From the NCBI RefSeq assembly GCF_001194135.2, contig NC_068990.1, positions 24,770,387 through 24,834,386 of the forward strand: a DNA stretch of 64,000 nucleotides. Reading direction: 5' to 3'. The DNA is from Octopus bimaculoides (Eukaryota). The notes under the pieces are model-generated. The model had not been told where the DNA came from and ran no database searches. It saw only the letters and a program-made list of their open reading frames with translations. Both the position numbers and the translations under genes were made by a program. Positions 11,157 through 24,497 of this stretch are shown one piece after another (position 1 is the first letter of the stretch; each line of letters begins with the position of its first letter).

Positions 11157-12389
11157 TTATCTATCTATCTATCTCAGATGCAAGTATCTGCAATTATTTT
11201 TTGTGTGTTTCTGTTTTTCTCTTCTTTTTTTTAATATAAAGGCTTTTAGCAACATTTGTGACCCGAGAAAATAACGATTTATTGTTACAATGCAGTAAAA
11301 TACGTATGGATAAAGAATTGTCTTAAGTGAACCGCAGATAGTTAACTTTCAGCTCAGATCTCTGATGAAATTCGATTTCTCAGTCGATCGAATGCAATTT
11401 TTCTTAAAAACTAGATTTTCTGAGTTTTATTTTCCATTTTATCTTTTCTTTATTTATTTTTCATCATCAGGAGAATATAACAATTTAAGATCACTCGTAG
11501 ACAGTCAAATGTTAAAAAAAAAAGAAAAAAGAAAAAAAACAAGGAGAAAGAAAGAAATAGACTGCAGATATGTCAATACAAATATATGTATAGCAAGAAA
11601 ACGTGTCGGTGCGTAAGCGAAACAGATGAGTATAAAGAATAACGTGTATAGATAGGAAAAAAAATAATAAATAACAGAAAATTAAATGAATGCAACAGAA
11701 AAAAAAATATAGCTTATAAAACAGAATGTAAAGAAGATGCGTAAAAGCAAGCAAGCTAACTGAATCGAACGTAAAAGGCACATATGTTTAACAGAAAATA
11801 TATCAGACTATAACAAGCTCTTGAAGATAAATGATTGAAACTATTTCTTTATCTTCTGATTTATTTACTTTTCCTTTTTCGTTGATTACATTCGGTTTTC
11901 TATCAATTACAAGATGGCAGTTGAATAAAATATGTGTATTTTACCATTGGTTGAGTAAAATATAGCTCGTCTTAACTAATCTTTACAAGATTTCATTTTT
12001 ATTCTTCTAAATTATATCAGCTGACACAGATGCTAGAAGATTGAATTTGTAAACGTTCTGATAACACCATGTTTCTGTCATCAAAAAGCCCGGTTTCCTT
12101 GCTGCTTAAGTTCGCTTAACATTAAAATCAATTGCCTCTTAGATCTTTTGATGATCGATACAGAGCGAGTACGTTCGTTCTCCAATCTCAACTGTTTCCA
12201 TTCTCTCATAGAAACCTATTTCTATAATTAAATGAACATTGTACTACAATACATTTCTGGTGCAGTTATTCGTCTTTATACACTCAATCGGTGATCTCGG
12301 ATTTCAGTTTCCTAAGTTAACAAGACACGTTTGAAAATATTGTGACGAAAATGCTTATATTACTTATTACCCCAATCTTAACTCTAATA

Positions 12390-12660
12390 AGGAGTTATGA
12401 GCCCTAGAACTCATAAAACCAGAGTTAACCCGGTTTTTGTGGCGTTTAAGTCACTGAGAGTAAACACTTCTCCAGGAACAGGGTGCCCGTCGGTTGCGGG
12501 GTTAACCTCACAGCTAATGCTGTAACTGATTTATAGCTGAGAGAACTGGAGGAATGTGAAATTAAGTGCATTACTCAAGAACACTACGCACCGCCCGACC
12601 CGGATAACAAACATACGATTTTACAGTCGTAAGTGCAGCCCCCTAACCATTAGGCCAAAT
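12390..12660 (-). mobile_element. Diverged CORE-like tRNA SINE (family C)
   Basis: Minus strand head tggcctaatggttaggggctgcacttacgac, core gtgttcttgagtaatgcacttaatttcacattcctccagt. Related fragments lie at 14560-14670, 19700-19875, 21675-21775, 28670-28905 and 40075-40200. Confidence 0.65.
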
Positions 12661-13394
12661 AAGGGACTATCCTCGATCTTAAGATGAGAGTTCGCCATTG
12701 TCTGTATGATTATCTAGATCTCAATACCATATTCAAGAATAACGGGTTCTTTCGTTTCCTAAATTGTCTAGAATAGATTGCTGCCAAGCTCCCTAAGCAC
12801 CGCTCTCTATAATAGATTTTCACTTAAATTCCTAAAGCTACTATCTCAAGACAGTAATTGTAAATCTATAACTTAGGACTCTGACCGACGCCTTCGCTTT
12901 ACCCAGACGCTTACCGTAATCCGGCAAATGTTTACTTTTAAATCTACCTTATATTATACCCTGAAAAAAGGCCATTGTATAACCATTTTACACAGTTTAT
13001 AGAGATAAAATTACTACATTGATTGATAAAATAAATACAATGCTTGTACAAAAGTTGATTCAATCGACACTGCTTTTCTTACGAATTGGTGGTGATATGT
13101 AAATCTAATAAATCATTCTTATACGAGTATTTTATAAACAAGTTGGAAGTTTACCTATAAAGATTTATGGGATAAAATGTTTTTTTTTTTTTTGCTTGGT
13201 GGATTAACATTATTTCGCTACGTTGCTTAAAGTCAGAGTTCAATTTTACGCTTTATCCTTTTGAGAGAGATAAATACACCAGTCAAATACAACTGTTGAT
13301 TTAATCGATTAAGCTATCATTAAAAATAAACCAAACGTTCATACAGAGCGACGAATCCAGTCAGTAAATTATACATCATTATATTTTGCCTCTG

Positions 13395-13990
13395 AAGGCG
13401 GCGAGTTGAAAGAATCGTTAGCATACCAGGCAAAATGCTTAGTGGCATTTCGTCCGGCTCTACGTTCAGAGTTCAAATTCCGCCGAGGTTGACTTTGCTT
13501 TTCATCCTTTCGGAGTCAATAAAATAAGTACCAATTGAGTATTACGGTCGATGTAATCGACTTACTCCGCCTGAAAACTTACTGGCCTTGTGACAAAATT
13601 TGAAACCATTATATTCTGTCTTTTGTGTACTTCCTCTGATGGTCTTAGCTCAAATTTCAACTTTGCTTTCATTCTTAAATCACCGATCAATTCGACTGCT
13701 TTCATTCTTCACCGACCGATCAACACGACTACTCTTTCTTCAAAAATGTCTGTGACCTTGTATCTGGATAAGAAACTATTATTTCATCCTTAGTAAGTTT
13801 GGTATACGGCAGAATCTTTAGAATGTTAGAAAAATTCCTTGATATATTTTTCCAATTCTCTACGTTCTAAATTAAAATCTCACCGAAGCAATGTTTGCCT
13901 TTAATCCATCCGAGATCCACTAAATGAATTACCTAGTGAAGCGATTTAATCGACTAATGCCTCCCTCAAAATATAATCGTGACCTTTGTC
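13395..13990 (+). mobile_element. Family M SINE copies (13395-13608 near full length; 13795-13990 diverged)
   Basis: aaggcggcgagttgaaagaatcgttagc ... gagttcaaattccgccgaggttgactttgcttttcatcctttcggagtcaataaaataagtacc. Confidence 0.85.
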
Positions 13991-14094
13991 GCCGTGATAA
14001 AAATTATTATTTTATGTTCCATTCACTTTACTTTCTTTTCTTAGTCAAATCCCACCGAAATAGACTTTGCCTGTCATACTTCCGGGACACTAAA

Positions 14095-14487
14095 ATGGTT
14101 TTCAATTTTGGCACAGGGTCAGCAGCTTTTAAGGGAGCTGGAGGTCGATTACATCGACCCCAGTACTTGACTGATACTTATTTTATAGACCCTCAAAGGG
14201 TGGAAAGCAAAGTCAACCTCAGAGAAATTTTAACTCAGAACGTTAACACCGGACGAAATGCTGATGAACATTTTGACCAGCGTGCTAATGGTTCTTTTCT
14301 GCTCTCAGCACAAGGTCTGAAATTTTGGGGGAGGGGTTCAGTCGATTAGATCGACTCCAGCACGCAACTGGTACTTAATTTATAGACCCCGAAAGGATGA
14401 AAAGGCAAACTCAGAACGTAAAGGCAGACGAAATACCGCTAAACATTTCGCCCTACGTGCTAACGTTTCTGCCAGTTCGCCGCCTAA
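14095..14487 (-). mobile_element. Two tandem family M SINE copies
   Basis: Same unit as the 7335-8195 array; the head ends gccagttcgccgcct at about 14485. Confidence 0.85.
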
Positions 14488-15844
14488 TAAGTAACTCATA
14501 TCGCAACACCTTTCTCCTCGCAGGTCTGTCGTAGGATCGACGTCCAAGCAATAGTTGTAAAATCAAACCCACGACGAATGAAGTGGAGCAACGTGAAACG
14601 AAGTGTTTTGCTCAAGAACACAAGACACCACCCTGTCCGGAAATCGAAACAACAACGTTACAATCGCTTTCACCAAATTGTCTCGTTTACTTGGTTGTAC
14701 AAAAGGTAATGTGAGACAAGAGGAACACGCTGCTGTGAAATGAGTATTCGTTGGCCCAACGTTACGAAAACCGGTGATAATTAAAAAAAAACATGCATCA
14801 ATGATATACGTGAAATGAGCTGTCTCTTTACTAACGCTATACAACAAATATGGCAGTTGCGATTCTTCATTTCCGTTTCTCATAAATCTTAACAATATAT
14901 GCTTAATTAAGTAACAACCATGTACTGATATTCTCAGATAATTTTCAATTCCCTTGCTTGGTGTTAATGTAAGTTAATTCTTATTTGAGAGAATAGAAAT
15001 TAGCAATATTTTGAATACGATAATAGTTTAAGAAAATTATTGACTTGTATTAGGGAACTAAATATTATTACACACGAAGCCACAACTTCTGCTTAATCTT
15101 CTTAAATGCTTTAATTGAGCTTTAAGATTGAATATAATTATACATACACACACACATATATACACACACACACACAACTAATAAAATCATCCTCGAAATA
15201 AGATACAAATATTTATAACTCTAGAGTATTAGAGTAATAATTACATATATCATTGTCGGCAAAGTTTCCGGAACTAGTTTATAAATATGATACTAATGTT
15301 TAATATACAATTTGAACTAGAAATTTCATTTTTGACAGTTTTATGACTTAATTGGAAGTTGAAAGGCAACAACCATGATCTTTTGAGTTTCCAAAATTAT
15401 AGGAAAAAAGTGGAGCCCCCCCCCCACACACACACACACACAAGGAAACTATGACTCATGGGTTATTTTCAGGTACGTTCGAAAGCTTACAACAGAGTGG
15501 ATTTCGTTACCTTCCATAAAGGGTCAGGTGGTGAAACCCGACTGGGTGACGAATTAAGTCTGTTATTCAAGAACGGTACACGAAAACTATACTTCCGCAT
15601 AGTTTTCGTTTATCCAATTTTACACGCAAGACTGTAGAATAACTAAAAACTGGTCAACTTGGTGCACAACAGGTTCGAACAGGAAGCCGAACTATTTCGA
15701 AGCGAATCTTTAACCTCACATCCATGTCAGTGACATTTATAACAAGGCAAGAAATCAGGCGAACTTATGAAAGAGATTAAAAACAGGTAAAATTATGATG
15801 TATTACACTGACAAAAAGCTGATTCTTTTCAGCTACATACTGGT

Positions 15845-16503
15845 TTAAAATTTTGACACAGGGCCAAGAACTTTAGGGGTGGGATTATAAGTCGATTACT
15901 TCGAGTGCAGTGTTCAACTGGTGCTCATTTTATCGATCCTGAAAGATGAAAGGCAAACTCGACTTTGGTGTCATTTAAACTTAGAATGTAAGGACGGACG
16001 AAATGCCGCTAAGCATTTAGTCCAGCGTTCTTTTCTAGGGACATAATTTTCATTTTATTTTTTTTATGAAGAGACGCTAAGTCGCAAAGTCGAAGACGAT
16101 CTCAGCAGGATTTGACACAGAATAAAGGGACGTGGGTAAATGCGGCAGTATATTTAGTACAGAGATTAACCTTTTCTACTAACCAGCACTTCTGTATCAC
16201 AAGACCACTCATTTGGGACTATCAAATTTATGGGATCAATGGGATCAAATTTATAGTATTGTTACTGTTTCACCCTAATTCAGTCTTAATTAAACAGACC
16301 TATGATTGGTTTGAAATTTTAGCACAAGGCTAGTAATTTAAGTCGATTTCATCGACCTCGGTACCCATTTTATCTTATTTTACCGAAGAACCCGAAAGAC
16401 AAAGTCAACCTTGGCGAAATTTGAAATCAGAAACGTAATGACGGGTGAAATGCCGCCAAGCATTTCGCTCGGCGTGCTAACGATTCTGCCAGTTCTCTGC
16501 CTA
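15845..16503 (-). mobile_element. Two family M SINE copies (15845-16030 and 16313-16503)
   Basis: Both contain cgatcctgaaagatgaaaggcaaactcgac-type cores and gctaagcattt heads. Confidence 0.75.
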
Positions 16504-17059
16504 AAGCTGACCTAAGATTAGATGTATTCTCTCTAATGTTCATCCTGTCTTTCATTCTCTCTCTCTCTCTCTCTCCATGTGTTTGTGTGTTTGCATGTTT
16601 TCACGTATAATATATATTGGGCTTATTTGTTTAATGTATCCTTTCCTTCGACGGTAGGGGCTGGCTTGAAAGATACTTGCTTGTTTTTTTTTTCGTTGTA
16701 TTCTCTTTCTTGGTAAAATTCCAGATAGTTTTGTTTCTAATAAAAATCATTTTCTTGAATAAAATATTACAACCTAAAAAATATTGAACTCTCGTCTATT
16801 TCTGTTTTACAGAGTACAATTAATTATTTTGCACCTTTCTTTATTTTCTGTTCATAAAACCTTGTAGATAAGAGTGATTTATTGCAGACAAGTAAAGAGA
16901 AAGGTGCGAGCGATTGAACCAACACTGGTATATGCATAATATTCATTTTATTGAGCTTTTATCACCCATGAAAGTACGAGAGGCGAAGTCCAGCTCAACG
17001 ATAAATGTTTATGGTCCATAAAGAACTGTTATTGTTGTTATTTACTGAGGTCGACCTAG

Positions 17060-17224
17060 CAGTGTAGCTAGACGTGAAGGGGGAAGTCTGCGTGGGTGAC
17101 TCTCTCTTATGAGGTCGACACTTTGAGTTCCACTGTATAAGCTCATAGGCTGGGTTATCGGGTGGGTGGCGGGGATAAAACTCCAGGGTTGCCCCACGCA
17201 ACATAACCTCTAGCTATGCCATTG
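17060..17224. mobile_element. Putative MITE with CAGTGGCGTAGCTAG-type TIRs (possibly PIF/Harbinger-like)
   Basis: cagtgtagctag at 17060 is an imperfect inverted match to ctagctatgccattg ending at 17224. The interior is GC-rich, and no TSD is evident. Confidence 0.4.
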
Positions 17225-17524
17225 GGTCAAATATAATTGAGCATACCAATGGCCATGAGCAATCCATTTGTAACCATTTCAGTTTTTATTAATATTATTT
17301 GAGACAATTTTGTACAGTCTGACCTTGTTTTTGTCATTGTTTTTTTTCCTTCAAACACAGTATGATATGATTTAGTGGGAGATTTCACTGTTATTTCTAG
17401 CAGGTCAAATTACTACTTAGAAGGTTCCACATCTCACATTCTAAAGAGTTATATTTACTCTAGTTATGTGTGTGTGCGCGCGTGTGTGTGTATACGTGTA
17501 TGTGTATATACGTGTGTATGCGTT

Positions 17525-17732
17525 AGGCGGCGAGCTGACAACCATTAACACGAGGACAAAATGTTTCGCGGCATTTTTTCCGATTTTACATTCTGAGTTC
17601 AAATTCTGCCGAGCTCGCTTTGCCTTTCACCCTTTTGGGATCGATAAAATAAGTACCAGTTGAGCACTGCGGAGGTCTATGTAATCGACTAGCCCACCCC
17701 TTCTTCACAAAAATTTCAGGCCTTGTACCTAT
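17525..17732 (+). mobile_element. Family M SINE, full length
   Basis: aggcggcgagctgac ... ctgagttcaaattctgccgagctcgctttgcctttcacccttttgggatcgataaaataagtaccag ... ggccttgtacc. Confidence 0.88.
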
Positions 17733-18479
17733 ATATATATATATATGTCTGTGTGTGTGTGTGTGTGTAATCCTGCGATGAAGACGAAGTGAAATTGAGA
17801 GTTTTTTTTTTTTATCAATTATCTTTTTTATATACACCCAGGCCTATTCCCCGCTTTTTTTTTTTTTTTTTAGGAGTGGGTAGCCACAACAAACACATAC
17901 CAGGCATTCCATTCATTTCCCTGCTAAAAAAAAAAAACAAGACTGTTATCAAATATATAATAGAATATTTCTTTCTGAATTTTAATTCAGTTTCCACCAG
18001 TTGCAGAATTTTCAGCCTATTTATTCTTATTTATATATATATTTACTTAATTATTCAAACAGAAATTGTTATTACCAAAACGAAAACTGGAAACTGCTGA
18101 CTCTGACATACCTTATACGTGACTATTTCGTGCAGATGACAACAAATAAAATTTGGTAAACGACTGCTTGATGCAGTTGATTTACATAAAATTAAATAAA
18201 ACCAGTTAAAGGTCAAACTATTAACACAATTGCTTGAAAAGTTCTATTTATTTTTTTTTCATTTTTGCAAGCATTTTATTTTTTCCTTGCTGCAGTGAAC
18301 TTTTCCAAGTCAGATGTCATCATGCATTAAGATTGCTATCAACTCTTTTCTCGCTAAGTGTAACACACCATTGTTTAAATTCGGAAGTTACAAATTGTCT
18401 CAAGCTGGGTTTTCTTTTGTATATTGCGTAAGCTGTGATTGTGTGTGTGTTAATGGTATTGTTACTAGTGGCGTTAATA

Positions 18480-19472
18480 ATGGTTTCAAATTTTGGCTCA
18501 AGGTCAGCAAGTTTGTAGGGGTGGGTAAGTCGATTACGTCGACCCCCAGTACTCAACAGGCTGCTATTTTATCGACCCCGAAAGGATGAAAGGCAAAGTC
18601 GATCTTAGTGCATTTGAACTCAGACCGTGAAGTCGAATGAAATGCTTAGCAGTATTTCGTCCGGTGTGCTAACAATTACGCCAGCTCACCATCTTGCTGG
18701 CGTTAATAATGATATTTTGATACGATCTGATGAGAGAAGGTATTAGCGCAGTGTAGCTCCTAATATCTAAAATATCTTCTTTTTCAATATGAATGTAGCA
18801 TGATTGCGTCGAGCTGGCAGAATCGTTAGAATGTCGGACAAAATGTTAAGCGGCATTTCTTCCGACTCTTTTCGTTTTGGGCTCAAATTCCGTGAAGGTT
18901 GTCTTTACTTTTTATCGTTCCGAGGTGGATAAAAAAAAAAAACTAGCCAAATTCCGGGTTGGGCGTAATTGACTTACCCCTCCCTTCTAAATTAGAATGA
19001 AAGATATGAATATGAGAGTGAAAGTGGTGAAGTGGGCGAATTGTTAGCGCGTCGGACAAAATCCTTAACGGTATTTCTTCCGGTCCTTTCCGTTCTGTGT
19101 TCAAATCCCACTGAGGTCAACGGTACATTTCATCCTTTTAAGGTCGATAAAATAAAATACCAGTCAAGTATTGTTATCGATTTAACCCTCCCTTCAAATT
19201 ACTGGCCTTGTGCCAAAATTAAAAAAGACAATGAGCATAGTTAATAAATAATTATTTCCAATGTCAAAACAAGAATAACAGTTTTGAAAGGTGGGGCGAG
19301 CTGATTACATCAACCCTAGTACTTGACGTCTTTATTTTATCAACTGTGAAATAATGAAAAGCAAAGTCAACCTCGGTGACATTTGAACTCAGAACATGAA
19401 GCTAATAGAAATCATACGAAGCATTCTGTCCGACGTGCTAACGCTTCTGCCAACTGACCACCTTATAAAATG
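18480..19472. mobile_element. Cluster of four family M SINEs in -,+,+,- orientation
   Basis: Copies at about 18480-18695 (-), 18808-18990 (+), 19030-19222 (+) and 19265-19472 (-). Confidence 0.8.
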
Positions 19473-19903
19473 GTTAAAGGTCCTTCCCAGATTCTCTGGC
19501 GTATACAATAATCCCTCGCCATATTGCGGTTCACCTATCATACACTCAGTGCATCACGGATTTTTCTGGCTAATCTATGTAAATTTATATCATAGACTCC
19601 TCAGTATATTAGGGTTTCTGCGGCCGATGGGTATTTATATTTTTTTAGATTCTAATTTTTTCTATGGGAGGTTCTGGAACGTAACACCTGCGATAGTCCG
19701 ATAGTCGAGGGATTACTGTATAGACCCCACTAGACGGAACGCCGGTTCGTCGCAGGGTTACTCATTCTTTGAAATGTTCTGCTCAACGACACAATGCAAC
19801 GACCGGTCCAGGAATCGAAACCACCACCTTACAATCACGAGTCCAACACCCCTGACGACTAAGCCACGTGCCTCAACTCACTGCCTTATAGTTAATAAAT
19901 AAG

Positions 19904-20540
19904 GGTTTCAAATTTGGGTACAAGGCCAGAAATTTTAAGGAAGGAGGTAAGTTGACCCCAGTGTTCAACTGGTACTTATTTTATCGACCCTGAAAGGGTG
20001 AAAGACAAAGTCAACCTCCGTGGAATTTGAACTCAAAACGTAAAGACTGACTAAATGCTGTTAAGCGTCTTAATGATTTTGCCAGCTCGACGCCCTACAA
20101 TTCTATACATATTGGCACAAGGGCGGCAAGTTTGATGGAGCGAGAAAGCCGATTACATCGATCCCGGTACGTAACTGGTACTTATTTTATCGACCCGAAA
20201 GGATAAAAGGTAAAGTCGGCCTCGACGGAATTTGAACTCGGAACGCAAAGACAGACGAAATACCGCTAAGCATTTTGCCCAGCATGTTAACGGTTCTGCC
20301 AGTTCGCTATTTTATAGTTAACAAATAATCTTGTCTTCGCTAGGTACAAGGCCCGAAATTTTGGGGGAGGGGCCAGTCGCTTAGATCGATCCCAGTATGC
20401 AGCTGTTACTTAATTTATTGACCCCGAAAGGATAAAAGGTAAAGTCGACCTCGGCGGAATTTGAACTCAGAACGAAAAGGCAGACGAAATATCACTAAGC
20501 ATTTCGCTCAGCGTGCTAACTTTTCTGTTAGCTCGCCGCC
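19904..20540 (-). mobile_element. Three tandem family M SINEs; the last is flanked by an 18-bp TSD
   Basis: ttatagttaacaaataat at 20312-20329 versus ttatagttaacagataat at 20541-20558. A third variant lies at 19886-19903. Confidence 0.9.
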
Positions 20541-21242
20541 TTATAGTTAACAGATAATGATCGTATGTGTGTAAGTGTGTGCGTGAGATAGATATGAAGT
20601 ATTAAATTAATATATAAAGATGACCTTTCTATAAAATAACTTAGAGTAATTTGCACTTGACTTTTACTGAAGAAAATAGTTAACTGCTGAACTGGCCTAC
20701 TTTGCACTGACCACACTGTCAAACGTGGAACCAATCATAGCATTAGAAACAGAAACTACATTTTCTTCCCAGCAAAAGTAATTTCTATACAATCATATAA
20801 TAATNNNNNNNNNNNNNNNNNNNNNNNNNNNNNNNNNNNNNNNNNNNNNNNNNNNNNNNNNNNNNNNNNNNNNNNNNNNNNNNNNNNNNNNNNNNNNNNN
20901 NNNNNNNNNNNNNNNNNNNNNNNNNNNNNNNNNNNNNNNNNNNNNNNNNNNNNNNNNNNNNNNNNNNNNNNNNNNNNNNNNNNNNNNNNNNNNNNNNNNN
21001 NNNNNNNNNNNNNNNNNNNNNNNNNNNNNNNNNNNNNNNNNNNNNNNNNNNNNNNNNNNNNNNNNNNNNNNNNNNNNNNNNNNNNNNNNNNNNNNNNNNN
21101 NNNNNNNNNNNNNNNNNNNNNNNNNNNNNNNNNNNNNNNNNNNNNNNNNNNNNNNNNNNNNNNNNNNNNNNNNNNNNNNNNNNNNNNNNNNNNNNNNNNN
21201 NNNNNNNNNNNNNNNNNNNNNNNNNNNNNNNNNNNNNNNNNN

Positions 21243-21932
21243 AACGTAAAGACAGACGAAATGCTGCTAAACAATTTGTCCTGCGTGCTAATGATTCTGC
21301 CAGCCCTCCGACTTAAGGACTGAACGAAATAATGATTTCAAATTTTGACACAAGGCCAGTAAGTTCAGGGAAATGAGTAAGTCGATTACATCAACAACAC
21401 CCACCTCCTAGTGCTCAACTAGTACTTATTTTATCGATCCCGAAAGGACTAAAGGCAAAGTCGACCTCGGTAGAATTTGAACTCGGAACGTAAAGACAGA
21501 CGAAATACCGCTAAACATTTCGCTCGGCGTGCTAATGTTACTGTATTAATGACACAATTGTAAGCTTATAGCTCTGAGTTCAGAAACGTTCGATTGACAA
21601 AGTAAAACGACTGAGTACGTTATCATTAAATGCGAAAGATACATAGATTTCATTTAACTAGGGTTTTGTTTAGAGCTAGGACTCATATGGCCGGTTATAG
21701 GGTTCCCATGGTGTATAAGTGATAGAGATCATAATATTCCCATTGAAAGAGACAAAGATCTATTGCAGGGTTCAAAATCAACAATTTTTGAGGTGATGGG
21801 ACAATTCTATTACATCGACCCCAGTACTTGACTAGTATATTATTTTATCGACCCGAAAGGATGAAAAGCAAATTGACATCATCGAGATTTAAACTCAGAA
21901 CGTAAAAAGCTAACGATTTTGTCAGTTCGCGC
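21243..21932 (-). mobile_element. Family M SINE copies (21243-21315 head, 21335-21545, 21780-21932) with an interposed family C tail
   Basis: Same diagnostic core as the other family M copies. Confidence 0.8.
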
Positions 21933-24314
21933 CTTATTTGACTTGGCATAACGGTCTTATATTCTTATAGGAGGGTGGACATTTTCTTTCGTCTGACAAT
22001 AAACTATGAAATAAAACTTAATGGCTTAAACCGAGAATCGAAACTGAGTTGCAAACTTATCTTGCCACCAGCTTAACTCTTGCTCTGCAGTGATTGTTCA
22101 GATAAATAAATGCATTAGTTTCTTTTGGCCAGTAACAAAATTTTTACTAGAAATGAAAATGTTAAATTGCATAGAACAGAAAAGAAATAGGAAAACTGCA
22201 TTAAAGTTATATATGGCTGAGAGCTAACTGCTTGTTTTACAACCTGTGAGTGCGTATATCATGCTGGCGGCATCGAACACAAATATAATTAGTCGGTATT
22301 TATCTTACTCCACGCTAACGAATATCCGATTTAACGTTTAGTTAGTAATTTACTGAGGAATTGCTAACAATTCGATTGTTAAGAAGAAGCTACTCTTCGC
22401 TAATGAACCCAAATAGACGAAATACGTCTAGAATTATCTCCCGTATTTGGCGCTGGTAAAAATTCTTAATCATCAACGAACTTTTGTTTTTCATTTTTAC
22501 TGCCTGCTTGAGAATAGTTTGGTTTTTTAATGTTTTTTTTTTCTTTTTAATCATTAAATATACCTTCATCTACATAACCCAAATAATTAAATAGTTGACA
22601 CAGCAAAAAGAGAAAGTGGAGTATTGTGATGTTCATGCATTTCTCAAAAGTATTAGAAGCGTAAATGAATGGAAATAGCTTCAAGCGTGAAATCATGATG
22701 TTGTGCCGGATTTTCCAAGTATTTTTTGTTCTACTGAACTCCATGCTTTTAGATTCAGCTCCGAAATTTTGGCTTCTACGAGCTAATGACTTCATTAAGA
22801 CATATGCATTATAATAAACATTACACACAACTAGCAGATGTACAACCTTCAGGCGTTCCCTGTTAGTTTACGTAATATCTGATGTCCTGTCTTTCTCTGT
22901 GTGGGGTGGGGTACAAATATGTATGTAATAAATTTTGTGTTGTCTGAGACTTAGTTTCCACTAGCAGCCTGCTCAACCAGTAATTCAACTGGTTGAATTG
23001 TTGAGCGAAACGTTAAGTCCATCTCGACAGGAAATTTATAAACTTAATTCTACTCTGAATTTCGAATCAACCAATCAGTAAATGTTTCGTTGTTCTTTTA
23101 CTAGTTTTTGAAATAACCTCTATTTAATATATATTCACACGTGGAGGTGAACAAAGGAAAGAAGCATTCATTATTTAAAGGAGCCATTTTCACATCACCC
23201 TATAACATCAAAGGGCAGCTCACGAGTCTAACAGTCAATGATTTCAGGGACGACGGTATGCAAGACATGCAATCCTTCAGATGTAGAGGCAGAGAAAATA
23301 CTACTTCCTTTTCTTGCATCTTCGAAAAAAACAGGACCAAGGAGCATCCGTAATAGAGGCCTTCCTACTTCATTTGAAGTCCATATACTACCTTGCTGTA
23401 TCAATGTTTCAGTCACATCTCACTTGATCAAGGGCCATTTCAAAGCACCAGTTATGTTTAAAGGTATCTTGCACCTAAAATGCATTGTGTCCTTTTTACG
23501 AGAAGATGGTTGCAATCGATATATTATTGCGCCAAAAGCACTCTCGTTCTGTGATTACATGTCGTCAAGAAATTTGTCGATGACGCATATCTTGTCATTA
23601 TCATGTATAGTCTCAAATTTTATATTTACTAAATTATCTTAATGTATCCAAAACAAAACATTCTTTTAAACTTATCACTGATAAATCCTAAAGTAATAAT
23701 CATATTATTACAAAAGATATTTAAATACAAAAATTCACACCAAGATTATAATGTAAACAAACAATAGATTCAAACTCAGCGAAAATTCTTGTATAATATC
23801 AATCTAATTAGCATCAAACAAGTTTACAATGCATTCCAGTCTGTTTAATCTATATGTCTATACTCAGAACAATTGTAATTATATATAACAATGGAAACCT
23901 CATTTTTCTTATATTTATACAGAATTTTATATATTTAATAACCAAAGAATCATTTAATCTACATATCCAGAGATGCATTTAGTTCAATTACAACGAAGAC
24001 AAACTCCAATATTCTATTTATTACATTATTAACAATATAATTATTAATAACATGTACTACGTATATAACAATAATAATTGTACTTATGAATTATTCAGAT
24101 TATTGAAATAATATAAGATCATATTGACCATCTTCCAATCAAATAATCTATAACTATTAAATACTAAATCACTTGAATTTAAGCAGAATATTTTGCGTTG
24201 TCTGTCATTCACTGATCTGACCTCCATTTTTCAAAAACCAATTGCTGGCAGTACTTCTTTGATGCATTCGGCCATGAGACTATCTTCCGCTGCAGAAATA
24301 ATTCGTTTTTTCCC

Positions 24315-24497
24315 CACCACTGATTAACAACTGGTGCTGGTTTCTTTACGTCTCCGTTACTTAGCGATTCGGCAAAATACATCAATAGAATAAGTACTAA
24401 ACTTTAAAGATGTGCTGGAGTCGATTCGTTCGACTAAACTCTCTTCAAGATGGTGCTCCAGCATGGCCTCAAGCTACTAACTGAAACAAGTAAAAGA
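24315..24497 (+). mobile_element. Family K SINE, 3' half
   Basis: caactggtgctggtttctttacgtctccgttacttagcgattcggcaaaa ... ggtgctccagcatggcc ... actgaaacaagtaaaaga. Confidence 0.8.

Noticed and set aside
22971-23020. Hairpin gctcaac...gttgagc followed by GAAACGTT, resembling the 3' half of a hammerhead
   Set aside because: No CUGANGA box lies upstream (ctagcagcct instead) and no adjacent stem I can form.
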